From positions 67,024,001 to 67,088,000 of the forward strand of contig NC_045697.1 in the NCBI RefSeq assembly GCF_009834535.1: DNA of 64,000 nucleotides, written 5' to 3'. The DNA is from Camelus ferus (lineage: Eukaryota). The notes beneath the pieces are model-generated. The model was not told where the DNA came from, did not search any database, and saw only the letters and a list, made by a program, of their open reading frames with translations. The translations under genes and the position numbers were made by a program. Shown here piece after piece: positions 40,095-54,216 of this stretch (positions within the stretch are counted from its first letter, which is position 1; every line of letters starts with the position of its first letter).

Positions 40095-40400
40095 ACTAGC
40101 CACATGTGGCTGCTGGGCACTTGAAATGTGGTTGGGCCAAGCTGAGAAGTGGTGTAAGTATAAAACACACAGTGGATTTCAAAGGCTTAGCGCACATGTG
40201 TGTGCACACACACACAAAGATAAAATGTCTCATTAATAATGTTTTAAGATTGAAAATATGTTAAAATAATCATATTTTAGATATATTAGACTATATGTTA
40301 TTAAAGTTAATTTTACTTGTTTCTTTTTATTTTTTAACACAGCTACTAGAAATTTAAAATTTCACTTGTGGTCATATTACATTTTTATTGGACACTTGCA
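40095..40400 (-). mobile_element. MER33 hAT-Charlie MITE
   Basis: CTAGCCACATGTGGCTGCTGGGCACTTGAAATGTGG...GCTACTAGAAATTTAAAATT...TATTGGACA. Confidence 0.85.
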
Positions 40401-43096
40401 TTTGCTTGCATCATGGAGTTGATTCCTGAGGCTGCATTGCTTGGTTTTTGGTTTACTCTGGGCATGTGATTTCTGATATTCCCAGAACTCTCTTTCAACA
40501 GTATGCTGCCAAGAAAAGGCTGCATATTTCTGGCCACAATGGGTCTTTATGACCTGGTTTCCTGTTACTGGCTTTCTCAAGCAAAGTTAGGGTGGACTCC
40601 AGGGCCTATATAAAAAGGAAGGTTTATCTGTACTCATTTTCAGCTAACTGCTGTTTTGTTCTGTTAACCTTCCTTTGCTCACTTATGTTTGACAGCTTGA
40701 TGTGTGCTTTTCATTGTTTAGGAGTTGCAAAAGTAGCAAGCTACACCACTCACTGTGGGCGACTCCATGCAATTACTACATGCAGTTTTACATTTTTATC
40801 ACAGTAGGACAAAGGCACTATTAGAAAAGTACTATGTGAATGATTATATGAATGAAATAATCACCAAGTTTTTCAAATGAGCATGTAATTAACAAGAATA
40901 TTCAGTTCAAAGTGGTCATGCATTCCTTAACAGGCAGGCAGTCTAAGAAGGAAAGCTATAGTTTTACTTAAGCCTCAGGCTTTACATTACCTATCTGGTT
41001 ATCAGATGGTCTATGCAGCATGGTCCTGAGGTTGTCAGGAAATCTGAAAAGACTACTCCTGCTTCCTGCTCTACTATGCTCTTATTGGTTGGGAAGGAGG
41101 GTAAAATAGCTTCAACAGTGTTATACCAGGATGCTTAATGGTTGTTTCAATCTGTGTTGCTCAGGTTGTTTATACACATACTGAAGTGGCATCTGGGAAC
41201 TTCAGTTTGGAAAACCCCTAAAAGTGGCCATATTATATCAGGTTTGGGGGCCTTCTTTGATAAGTGATTCAACCATATGAGGCCTCAGCACTCTGTCTTA
41301 GCACAGGGCACTGCCACCTATTCCTCAATGCAAAGTAACACAGAGGGCGTTTGTTAACTTTGCTGAATTGCCAACACCACATCTCGTGCCCTCCGTCCTT
41401 TATGAAGTTTCCTGGCACCTACCACGAACATAGAAAACTTTGCTTCCACACCACAAACTCTCTGCCTTTGGCCCTTGAAAGGAATTTTGACTGTAGCTCC
41501 GGGGCTCTCATACAACACATCTTGCGTGGCTCAGATAACAAGGAACAGATTTCCACACTGCCTTGTAACACTCTGGTAATATGCCTCTAAGGATCCCAGG
41601 AAGGGAGTCCTTAGAATATGAAATAGTCAAACCTCATTAAAAAAAATACCTTTTAATAACACCATTTACAAACACAGACTTTCAACAGGAAACATAAAAG
41701 GACGGAGTTATACAGAATGCCCACTGGAGGTCCATCAACTTCAGTACTTCCTTTTAAAGGGTTGATAAAGTTGCCTGTATGCCTGAAACGGAAAATAGCT
41801 AATGTAATTCACCTTTTTAAAGGTTAATCTTGCTGGAAGACAAGAAGTTGAAGGGCAGTTTATGTAAACACTGACTGTAGCACCCCATGTGGGCACCTAT
41901 GTGTCTTTCAAATGCATATAACAACACACTCTCTCTCTAGTTTCAAGAAATAATTGTTTTTCTAATTTCTAATTCCTGTGAATTTCTAGAAGAGTCAAGC
42001 TGGGATATTAATTACATAATATCTGCCTTTTACTCTAAGAATTATTTACCCAAAATCTCACTTATAAATAGAAGAGGCATATCCTTGGGAACAGAATGGC
42101 AAAGGCACGGAATTTTAATACATTAATTTTTCTAATAAAAATTTAACAAGTGTTGGTAGAAATGGACAGAAAAAGAAGGAGTACACTCAAGGAACTACAC
42201 CTAACAGTTGCCAATTAATTTATGGCTTGAATAATATATAGCTGACATCATTAAACAGTTTGATATTCCTTATTTGTTGTCATGGCCACATTTACTGCAC
42301 ACTACTTTCTCACAAAGAATTTCCAAGATTTTGAATTAAGTAATATTACATTTGTTGAGAGCTACTGTATGCAGGCACAGCACTTGGCACTTAAGTACTC
42401 GGCCTTCTTAGTCCTTACAACAATCAGCTCAAGTATGAGCTTCATGTATAGATGAGGAAACCAAGGGTAAGTGAGAGCAGGTTCCCCAGCTTGTATGTAT
42501 AGAAGGTTGGATGCTGTTCTGCTTGACTGTAGAGCTTGGGGCTTTCCATGAAGCTACAAGGCTACCATGAAAGGAGTGATGCAATGATAAATATGAAATT
42601 CTAGGGACATGTTACTACTCGTTACCAGTGGACAGAGGACAAATCTAGGAATTCTGCCTGCGGAACCCCTCAAGCAGTTGTTTCCTGGTAATAGAATATA
42701 ATGTCAAATCTCTCTGGCAACAGACAAAGGTACATTTCTCAGTCTTCCTTTCTAGAATCTGCAAAATGAAGAATCAAAAATGATTCCAGGGCTGATTGAA
42801 ACTTGTAATGTCCTTATCACTAAATGTAAAGTTCCTAACTTCTATCACCCATTTCTACTGAGCTAACAGATTGGCTGTCTTTATGTTGAAAAAGATGCAC
42901 CTGAGATAAAGCTGGGTGACTATTACCAACTAGCATTTATTCAAAACTAACAGCAATTATTCAAAAGTGAGGCCTGAGGTTGGTTTTTCAAGGTTGGTGA
43001 TAATATGATTTTTTTTAATTGCTTGAAATAGCATATTCATTAAGATTAGGATTGATTTTAGTGAGCTAAAATTATTTATTTGAATAATGTTCACAG

Positions 43097-43142
43097 TAAC
43101 TGTTTATCAATAAACAACTAACTGTTTATCAATAAACAACTA
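43097..43142. repeat. Perfect 22-bp tandem duplication of a palindromic unit
   Basis: (TAACTGTTTATCAATAAACAAC)x2. Confidence 0.95.
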
Positions 43143-44039
43143 TCTCTAAGTCCTTGGCATTACCCTTTGCTTACATAATGTTCTAAATACTGTATGGATA
43201 AATAACAAAACAAACCTATAAAGAAACTAGTTCATGTCTTTAGTCATGCAGAGCACAATATTTTAGTGACGCTTAACAAAGCCACAAGATTTTTGCTTAT
43301 AACTCACTCTCCAACTGTTAACAGTAATTTTAAGAATTCACATTTAGGTTATCCTGATTATGCAACAGAACAGTCTTTAAATCAGTCAGGCAAGAAACAG
43401 CATGTGGCTGACGTTAACCATGCAATCCCTTCAGTCTTTCGTCTGATAACAAACTGAAAGACTATTCAGTGAATAACCTTTTATCTAAATGTTGAATTGT
43501 CCAAGTTTACGGCCTTCTAAAGGAAATGTCATAACTCTCCTAGTAATACACAATTATATCTGTGTATATCTCTGTGTATATATACATTTCTCTGTTACAC
43601 CCTTCAGGTAACATGAGAGGGCATTAATGGAAAATAAGCCAGTTTTGTTTAAGATTAAGTATGGCTAAGAGTAAACTTCTGTGGGTTTTCTCTCTGACTC
43701 AGCTGTTAATTTGAACCAATCATGAGTGATCTGGAGGAAAAGGAGTAAGGAAATTTTATAAAGGAAGAATGTTAAACGCTCAGAACTGTGAGAGGGATAC
43801 TAGGCGGGCAATTTATGATTTTATGTAAATTTGATATCATAGTATAGATGGTATGTTAGAGTTACCAAGGAAAACTGTTAGAAAGGTTGGTAGGAATATT
43901 TCTTTAATCAAATCAAGGATTCAAAATTTGAGTTAACATTTCAATTTTTGTGATTGAAGATTGTTTAATTCCTTAAAGTTGATTCTTTCTCTTTTCTTTC
44001 CCTGCATACTCTTATTTGCTTCCCTGACTTTAGTTCATA

Positions 44040-44960
44040 ACTCATAAATTGATGTCTCTAGACCTCTGTGGGTCAAGTGCCATTTTGTTGGACATCTTCA
44101 CATAAATATGCAACTCGTATCTCCAAATTCAGCCTGTCCAAGGTGGAGAGAAGGGAGGGTGTAAAAGAAAGTGGATTATCTGTGCACCTACCACACACGA
44201 GGTACTTTATATTTACCCGAGTTTGATACGATGACCACCAGCTGGAGTCCCTTCCTGTGTTCCTTAGCTCAAATATAGCGAATTAAATATACCTCTTAAG
44301 TTATCCAAGTGAGAAACATGGGAATCAAGTTGCATTCTTCCCTCTCCCTTCCTCCCCACAATCAGCCCACTTTTGAGTCATGTCAGTAGTACCTCTGACA
44401 GGTCTCTACATTCCTCCCCTGTTTTCCTTTTTCATCAGCTTTTAGTCAGATCCTCACCAGCTCCATCTGAATGAATTACTACCAGAAGCACCTATCTGTT
44501 TTTCTTGCCTGAATTGAAACACCACCCTACCTGGGGTTGTTTGTTTTTCTAATGCAACCTAATCATATTACTAACTTTCTCCAAAATCCTTTTATGTTCC
44601 ACCTTTATCTCTGGCATTAAAGTCAATCATCTTGTATTTATATTCCAAAGTCTTTCTTAACATGGCTCTGGTCCACTTTTCAAACCTCGTCTGACACCTC
44701 CCGATCCTACGCTGATCATATATGACTTTTATTCTTGGCCTCTAATTCTTATCTTTAATCTTCATTTAACTTACTATTATTACAACCCTCCCTCCCCGTG
44801 TAGAATCTTAATTCCTCTTACTCTGCTCCACTCTCTTCCCCTTACAATATCTGTCACCTTCAAACCTACCAACATTTTACTTACTTCTCTAATATTTACT
44901 GTTAATTTTTATCTCACTAGAATTTAGGCCCCACCAAAACAGGGCCTAAATTTTATTATT
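44040..44960 (+). mobile_element. L2 LINE fragments
   Basis: CAAATTCAGCCTGTCCAA; TATCCAAGTGAGAAACATGGGAATC; 3' end TCTCACTAGAAT. Confidence 0.6.
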
Positions 44961-46724
44961 GTTTAATGTTTAATTTACTTATTTATTATATGCTTATTTA
45001 GTTACAATAAGTATTTCAGGTATGATGTTTTCTGAGAGCACAACTGTGCTACGTCCTATAAGTTTGATGTGTGGTGTTTTCATTAATTTTTAAACTTGTG
45101 CAATTTTAGTTTTTATTTCTCATTTGCTAAGAAATCCAAGAAAAAGAGAGAGAGATATATAGACTTGCGTGTGTGTTAGTTTAGCCTTATTCATGATTTT
45201 ATTCAGATATTTTGCACCTTGTTCCACCTACCATCGCATCTCCATCTCCCCTAGAATGTTGTACTAGAGTACCTAAAACTGGTGTTTTATTTTATTATTA
45301 TTATTATTATTATTGCCTGTTTTGCTCATCTATATGCTTACTGTTGCAAATGACTAGAAGAGTTTCTAAAACATAGTGAGTATTCAACAAATACCTGTTG
45401 AGTGAATAAATTCACTGAATGACACTGTTCCTTGTAGCTTCTGTTTACAAGGCACCCTCATTGCTTGCCTAATTACTTAGCCTTTAGCTGGAAAAAATCT
45501 CACCTATCCTTAAAACTCATAGAACTAATATTGCCTTCTTTTTGAGGATTTCTTGACTCCTTAGGTGTAATTAATCAATACTCATCTTATGCCTCCACAG
45601 CACTTAACCCAGTCTAACCTGGGTTATAATTTGCTGTCTCCATTGTCAGACTGAACAGTGTATCTCCCCATCTATCCAGACTTACACACAGTGGGAGCTT
45701 AATATATGTTTAGTAAATTGATTGTTTAAACAGAGCTATAGATGGGACATAAACTGAGAAAAACATGACATGGGTTTATCAGATGGAATCATGGTAAGGC
45801 TAATATTTCAGTCAAGAAACAGCAAGGACAAAGGGAGACCAGCTGTAATTTCCTAAATCTGTATTGACTCTTGAGGGAGAAAGGACTAGGAAAGAGTGAA
45901 TGACCTGTATTCAGCCAATACAGGAACTTTGTAGACTCATTATCATTTAATACTTTCTGAACAGCTGACATTAATTTTGGATATACTTAAAAGGACAAAT
46001 GCCATCTATGAAAGCAAGACTTCTAGAGCATTAAAATAGTCCTTAGTGTTTTTGTAACTACCTTCGTCAATACAGTTTAGTGTAAGTGACCTAGCAAAAT
46101 CACAGCGATGGCATTTGCTTCAGGCCACTAGTGAATTCTGTGTGCTCTGAGACACCGCATGGTATGTCAAATGTTAATTAGACAATGAAATAAACCAGAG
46201 TTGGCATTAGAAAATAGGCAAGCATTGATTTTCTTTTCACTTTTTATTTATTAAAATGTTACAGAGGAAGCAGATAAACTTTCTTGGCTCAATATTTATG
46301 ACCTATTTCCTTCTTTTAACTGAGAGAAGCAAGTGTCCTCACAGGTGAATCAAAAGCCTGTCTGTTTTCAGGAACGCTTCGGTTAAGCAGCTTTTCCCCA
46401 GTTATAACAGACTCCTCACCATAGTGCCATTTTGGGTAGGTCTTTTTATTTCATGGGTTTTATCTTGCAGAAGTAGTGTCATAAAATAAGTATGAAATGT
46501 AAAAGATAAGAAAATCCAGACTGCTTTTTAAACTGATGCAAACACACTTTGCATAAGGCAGGCTTGTCATTGTGCTTCAACATTTGCTGTTACGACAGCA
46601 AATTGTCAGTTACGACAAGAAAGAAAAACACTTAAGGGTTTTGTTGCTGTTGTTGTTGGTAGTGGTGGTGAAAGCCAATGGAAAAGAGATTAGAAATGGA
46701 AAGGGTAAGGAAGGGATATGTCTC

Positions 46725-46920
46725 TGTATCTACATTGCCTGAGCTCACCATTTAATGCCTGTGTGAATTTAGGCAAGTTAATTAACCTCTCTGTTCCATG
46801 TTTTTTCATTTGAGAAATGGGGATCATTTTATTATCAACTTCAAAGCACTGTTAAGTCGATTAAATGAGTTAATATTTACAAAGCACTGGGAATACAGGG
46901 TCTGTATAAATGTTCGCTAG
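46725..46920 (+). mobile_element. MIR SINE
   Basis: TGTGTGAATTTAGGCAAGTTAATTAACCTCTCTG...TTCATTTGAGAAATGGGGAT...ATTAAATGAGTTAATATTTACAAAGCACT. Confidence 0.85.
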
Positions 46921-48239
46921 ATAGCTTTTCACAGAAGGAAGCAAGCTCAGAACTTCATAGCATACAGCAAACAGACACTTGAGAAGCAATAAATCAAAAG
47001 GGTATTTAATTCAAATTTTACCCAGTATAACTTCTGTTCCACCAAATAAAACATTAAAATGTAACATCCCTTACTAACCTCTGGCAATTTATTTATAAAG
47101 ACCACGTTCTGCATTTCTTAGTAAAGGCTTTCAAGGTACCCATCTTTCTGGTTTCCAGATTATATAATACAACCAGCAACAGAGCCCAGAAAATTACACT
47201 GTTCCCCATCAATTAGCTTTTCAATGCAATGTCTCCTGAAACCATTTTCTAAAACATGTTAACAATCCTAAAACATAATTGTGTAACACCCAAGACACCC
47301 ATGCCTGTTGTTTAATGCTAATTTCCTTGAACTTCCGAAGAGGAATTGCTATTGATGACTTTCATTAGGAAACAACTGACCCTTCTCCAGTGCAGCATCC
47401 TGAGAAGAAACTCACTAAATATGCCCATATTTCATCTCTTGAATACCAAGGTGCAATAGGCACAGTGAAGAATATCGTTTATTTAATCTAAAATTAAAAT
47501 TTTATAGGCTACATTACCTAAGGTAAATTGCTTAATACATTTAGAAGAACAGCTGTTTTCTGAGTGTTTGGCATCTATGTATTTTATCTGAGGCCCAAAT
47601 AAGGTGAACCTGCAGACACAAGTGCAGATATAATGGTCTCTATGGTATTTCAGGTGCTATGTCTCGTCCTCCCTCCTCAATCACACACACAAAACTGAGT
47701 TTCAAACAGGAAAGATCTGTTCTGTCAGACACCATTGATTCCAAAGAGATTTCTTAATCCTCTCGCTTACTTTTTTTGTCTACACAATTGAAAAATAGTC
47801 AAAACCCTTTTATAAGATTAAACGTTCTGAATTTCAATTTCTTCAGCCTTGTTTGGGTAATACTACGTTTTTATTAGATATTATTCATTCCATATTCAAA
47901 AACAGATTCATGGCATCTTATGATAAAAACAGATATACTATATAGCACTTAAAATAAAGCCAGAACTAATGGGCGGTTGGTGGTTTGTGAACAGAGACTT
48001 TCTTGCTCCGCTTCTAAATACCCCAAAATCATTCTATCATGCTCAGAAGATGCAAATATAACAAAAAAGTACAATCTAGATTTCTGTACAGTTGAGATTA
48101 AAAGATGGTACCAGAGTCTAGGCTCTCAGGAAGCTATAGTACCATGTGAGAAGAGTATTTATTAAAAAAAAAAAAAGACGACGAAGAAGAAAAGGTAGCA
48201 GGATTCTGCCAGCATTCCTTGTAGCTGGAATTAAGTAAG

Positions 48240-48870
48240 AGCTGAGTTCTGCAAAATCAGATACACCCCTAATTCAACCATTTCTTGCAGTGTCCTCTGC
48301 TACCAGCAGGGTGCCAGCCACCATGATTTTTACAGCTCTCCCTGCTTTGACTTGTAACTCCCAGATACCACTATTCCCCAACACAAGGCTGACCTTCTTA
48401 AAACATAAATGAACACATGTCCCTTAAGACCCTCCATGGCTTCATTTCACCATGGCCTAGAATGCCCTATATCTACACAACCTGACACTAGCTTTCCATC
48501 CTCCCTACTACTCTCTTCCTCCACTCCATTCCAGCCACTCAGGCTTTTCTTGTGTTCCTCTAACACCTGCCAAACAATCTCCTGCCTCAAGATCATTTGT
48601 CTCCTTCAGTGGGGACATTTCTTCTCCCACTCTGCTCTCTCCACTGTCATTTCCCCAGAGAAGCTTTCCCTGACTGTTGTCTGTCTTCTTATGTACTACT
48701 TCATTCCTCTTTGTGACCTTTATCTTCACCCAACACTAGGGAATATGCTGATGTGTCAATTTGATTTTCATCTAATTCCTCACATGTGCAAAACGTGTTT
48801 GTTTCACTGCTCTATGTCCATGACTGGCACATAGCAGGTACTCAATAGACAACTACGAATAAGTGAACAA
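48240..48870 (+). mobile_element. L2 LINE 3' fragment
   Basis: CCATTCCAGCCACTCAGGCTTTTCTTGTGTTCCTC; TGTTTCACTGCTCTATGTCC...CTGGCACATAGCAGGTACTCAATA. Confidence 0.8.
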
Positions 48871-51800
48871 ACAGACTTCCAGTTTATAGGAAATAAATGG
48901 ATTAGCTGTTAGATTATGGGTTAGAGAAGGAACGATATTAACTCTTTTTGCAAATATGGGAAGAGAGGGGAATACTTCCAGTAACCCCCCACCTTTGCTG
49001 TTTAACTATGTTAGGCTTCAAGATAAGAAGGCAAGAGTGAATACATTGTTTCATCTCAGTCTGCAAAACAATTTTAAATATAACTGAGTCGTTTTGATGA
49101 CAATCTCTAACCAAGTCACCACAGATGAGACCTGCTCTCTAGTTGGCTTCCAACTGTCATCTTTCAGTAACTGAAGAATGGGGTCTGAATCAGCAGGTCT
49201 ACATCTCAACACAAACACGGGGAGTGTGCAGTTTGACATTAAGAAAAGAAGGGAAGTAATGTCAATAATGTCCCTCAAGTACTGATGTCAATAAATTTGG
49301 AAAATAATCCAAGAAAACGAAGGAAAGTAATACTTCAACACAGACCTGACACCAACATTTGCAGGAATCAGGACAAGGGTAAAAATGAAGACTGCATACT
49401 GTGCGTCTAAATAGTTCAAGGTTATATATCCAGCTAACACACTAATAAATATTTGGTATCTCTGATCTTGACAAATATACCTTCCAGGGATTTATTACAT
49501 GGCTAAGTTCTTGATGATCACTCTTTAAGTGCTCTGAGTTCCATGGGGCATAGAAAGAGCTGATTATTCTCTTTATACCTGCAGACCCCCTTTGTCATGA
49601 GCAGCCTTATAGGCACCTACACGACCATTCCTGAAATCAAGCTAGAGCCACAAGAGCAGAGAATTCTGGAGTCCTGGGTCCCCATAGCATCATCTAGAAG
49701 GGGAGGTGGGTGAGGAGAGGCATAGCTGGAGGAGGGCCAGAACGGAGACCCTCTAGAGTGAGAGGCTGAGGGCAACAGGCCCTCACCCAGGACTGAAGGT
49801 GGTATGATCAGAATCTTTCTATACAACAAGGAAAGAAGGAAGCAGAAAAGTATGGAAATCAAACACAGTCAGAGATCATAGAAAGTAAATGCAGGGTTTA
49901 GAAACAGATCACATTATTAATTATAAGGAAGTTAAAAATGTCATGGGAGTTAAATTACAATGATACAGTAGGCTAAATTGTAATACTGGATATTTAAATT
50001 AGCACTTCAAGTATTAAATAGTAGAAGTGACATGGAAAACAACATAGATTGGAGTTATATACACTGAAAATATTTAACAGAGACTGGGAAGTGAATATTT
50101 TATCCTTTTTGTCATTCCTTCATTCACCCTGTGTAGTGGCTCATCACACAGCTGACTCTGAATTAACATTTAAGTAGGAAGTGGATGAGCAAATGAAAAG
50201 TTAAATTAAGAAAAAGGTGAGAGAAGATGACAGACATAGAGAGTAAATAATCAGGATTCTGAATCAACATAAAAATGAATTAGAATTGGTTATTAAGGAA
50301 TAATTGAAGAAAATATTTTAAAATTTAGTCAAAATTAACCAGAAAAAATTCATTACCAAAACACCTTTAAGATTCTTTAGCTTCACAGGAAAATAAATTT
50401 TCCACACTCCCAAAAAGGGTGAAAAAAAAACCAAAACAATGGGTTATTTTAGAAGAAACCATTATCAAGAGACTTGTACATATTTTTTCTGCAGTGAAGA
50501 AGAAACAGTAGCAGTAGCAATGCAGAGGTCATTGTTACAAAGAAAATGTGTTAATATAACACAGCAACCAAAATATATAATTAATTCAAGGCAAAAAGGT
50601 ATTTGATAACTTTTAACACTTATCCTCAATAAAACCATTGAAAAAAAGATTAGAAGGACAATTTTCAAATAGCAAAGTCCTGTTTTAAAATGAAAAGCAA
50701 TGTTCTGAATCTTTTAAAATCCAGGAATGAAATAAGAGTGTTCACTATTAAAAGTGTTCACTATTTACATTCCATAGTTGTAATATATTATTTACTATTT
50801 CTTAAGTAAAATGTTTTTTAAGTAACCAGAATAAACATAAATGATATTTGATTGATTAATTCATTTTTATTAATGCCCTTGATACAAAGGTATATCTTTT
50901 TAAAATTTTGCCCTTGACATAGAAATATAGCTCATATATACGTACACAAACACATACACATGCTTTTTCAGTGAAATATGCTTGCTATAAGGTGATTCAC
51001 AGTTTCCACTCTAAGAAGTAGGTTAGAAGATATCAGAAACTAGAAGGAAATATATTGTTTTTAAATATTAAAATTGTTCCCATGTCTATATGAACAAGTA
51101 GACATGCTCATGTATCAATACTTATGTTGGTTTAAAACAGGGTCAGTTCAAGAATCAGAAATCATTTACACCTTTAGAAGTTTCCTCTTTTTTTAAACAA
51201 AATATGGTTTTTACATTTTTTATTATGAAAACTGAGTTATGAGTGTATCATTCTAAGTCAAATTACAGTCTTTTGATAATAGATTAAACTTAACAACAAA
51301 AAAAAGTATAGGTTGCAATTATACAGGGTTTTCCTTGATTGAGTATTTTCAAATTACTTTCAAGACAAAGCAATGTTATTGTCCCTAACATACCATACAT
51401 CCATCTATTACTGTTACAAATTCAAATTTGACCATTTAAGATGTATATATTTTTCTTGAAAATATACCTTCTTCCTACAAATTGAGTGGACGGTCAGCAT
51501 AGACCAAGGGTATCCTCAGGCCCCTAGACAACAGTTTGGGTTGCCTGCCCTTTCTCTGGTATTTTAAACCCAATTAAGTGCTAATATCATTCTCCACTCA
51601 TAGGCCCCAACTCTACAGAATTAGTTAACATTAGACACACTCTGTATATGCAAATCACTATTCAGTAATATTCAGGGAATGTAATCAGTTGCTTGACTAT
51701 ATTTTGGAATATAGTAACACTGAGGGAAAAGAAAATCAAACAGCTATGGCAAAAGGAGCAGGTATGAAGGTTTTATTGTGAGGGGAAGGCTATATTTAAT

Positions 51801-53576
51801 ATTCTTATTTTAAAATCACACTTTTCAATTTTCTGCTTTATAATGAACTACAGCCAATTACTTCCCATCAACACTGATAAAAAGAGCTGTCCAACTGTTC
51901 AACATTTGCTCTACTAATTGAATGATCAATTATTCAAATAAATGATTCTCCCTATCAAGCTCCAGGAAAGCACTGGTCATTGTTCCAGCCTCAGATATAA
52001 AACTCAGTGTGGAGCAACAAAGAGACCAAATCCAGATAGAATTCTAAATTGCTAAGAGAAAATCCCTCTAATTGGGCTAAGATTTATGGCTACTAGAGAC
52101 TGCTTTGGCATCTCATGGATTCTGATCTTTTCTGAGACTGCTAATCTCACCTTCTCATAGTCTATTTTGCTGATTAATTCATTGGCAAGTATCACTGTGT
52201 TCCTTGAGAACATGCACTTTGTTAGGTAATGGATTTTAATGATTAGTCTAAATGTACTCTTTCCTTGCCAGCAAAGAAAGACCCCTCCCTACGTTATCGT
52301 ATCCCCAAGAGGACTTCGTGGGGAGTGGGGGTCGGGGTGGTGGCAGGGGAATTCTCAGCTGACAGATGGCAGATGTGTTTTGCCTTCATGCCCTACATTT
52401 AGATGGATTAATAGTAGCTGAAGGTCATTCTGTGGATTTGCTCTTTTAAAGACAAAATAACTTTTTAAAAGACTCAGACTGCATGTGTAAGCAAATACTA
52501 TCCATAGAGTTCACAGAATTCAGAAGGATTCCTTCCCACTAAGTGGCAAGCTTTAAACATATATACATGCATCCAAGCAAGAAAAGCTCACACCAATAGG
52601 ACAGGTTTTTCCCTCAAAATTATTTTCACACACAGAGTCTGGACAGCAGTGTTTTGAATGATTTTCACTCATGTCTTATTTTACATGGAAACTTATATTC
52701 TTTTCTTATATTCTTTCACTTCTTTTATCTGCATCTGAAAGCCGCCTAAACTCAAGATTTAGTAGTTTATGCAGAGAATGGCCTAATGTCTATTGGCAGT
52801 TCGTGCTCTTCCCCACATGAAGAGCATGCTGCCCAAGATGAAAACTATAGCTTCTAGAATTCAGGTTAGTTTGCAGATGAATCATCCACATCAGAAGAAT
52901 ACAGTAAACAGAAAGTATAACCCACTTTCAGAACAGGGACTAAAACTCAGATACCCAGAGATATAATCTATTAATGGGAGGAGTATTTTATTAAACTGGG
53001 CAGAATTTTATCTCAAATCAGGTTAGAGTACTGATGAGAGCCTATGTAACTGTAAACATTTTCTTGATGCCCTAAGGCTATTATGGCTGATGATCGTTTC
53101 AGGAGCTAAAAGAAAGCCAAACTTTTTGCATGTACAAACAAACATGGGTTTTGTAAATTGCAGTTAGTAACAGCCACTACAGAGCTTATCAGGAATCACT
53201 AGACTATGATCATTACAACAGGTGAAGACTTCGTTCCAGTTCTTGTGGGTGGCTGGCACATCCCGGGTCTCCCACAGTTATTTCTGGAATGAATAAATGA
53301 ATGAATGGATGACTCCAGGTAGCTATGATTATTTCAAACTGATTTAGTTGTTCTTTCATAGTAATTTTTAAAATCTTAATTAGATTATAACCCACAATTT
53401 CTCAAATTTTACATTCAGGACTTTCCGTAAATACAAAACACAATACTTTAGAGTTATTTAAGTATTAAGATACTTAAAAATAGCTGACTCACTGTGTTTT
53501 GTTTCTAGAGAAAACACTAAAATGTCTTGGTAAAACTCAGAAACGTCGCCTAATATTTTACTAGTATTTTTGTTTT

Positions 53577-54216
<640 letters not shown>

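Noticed and set aside
50737..50765. Short direct repeats (AGTGTTCACTATT x2, and similar pairs at 3551 and 43097) as a CRISPR-like array
   Set aside because: Each has only two copies and no unique spacers, in eukaryotic intron DNA. They are ordinary slippage duplications.
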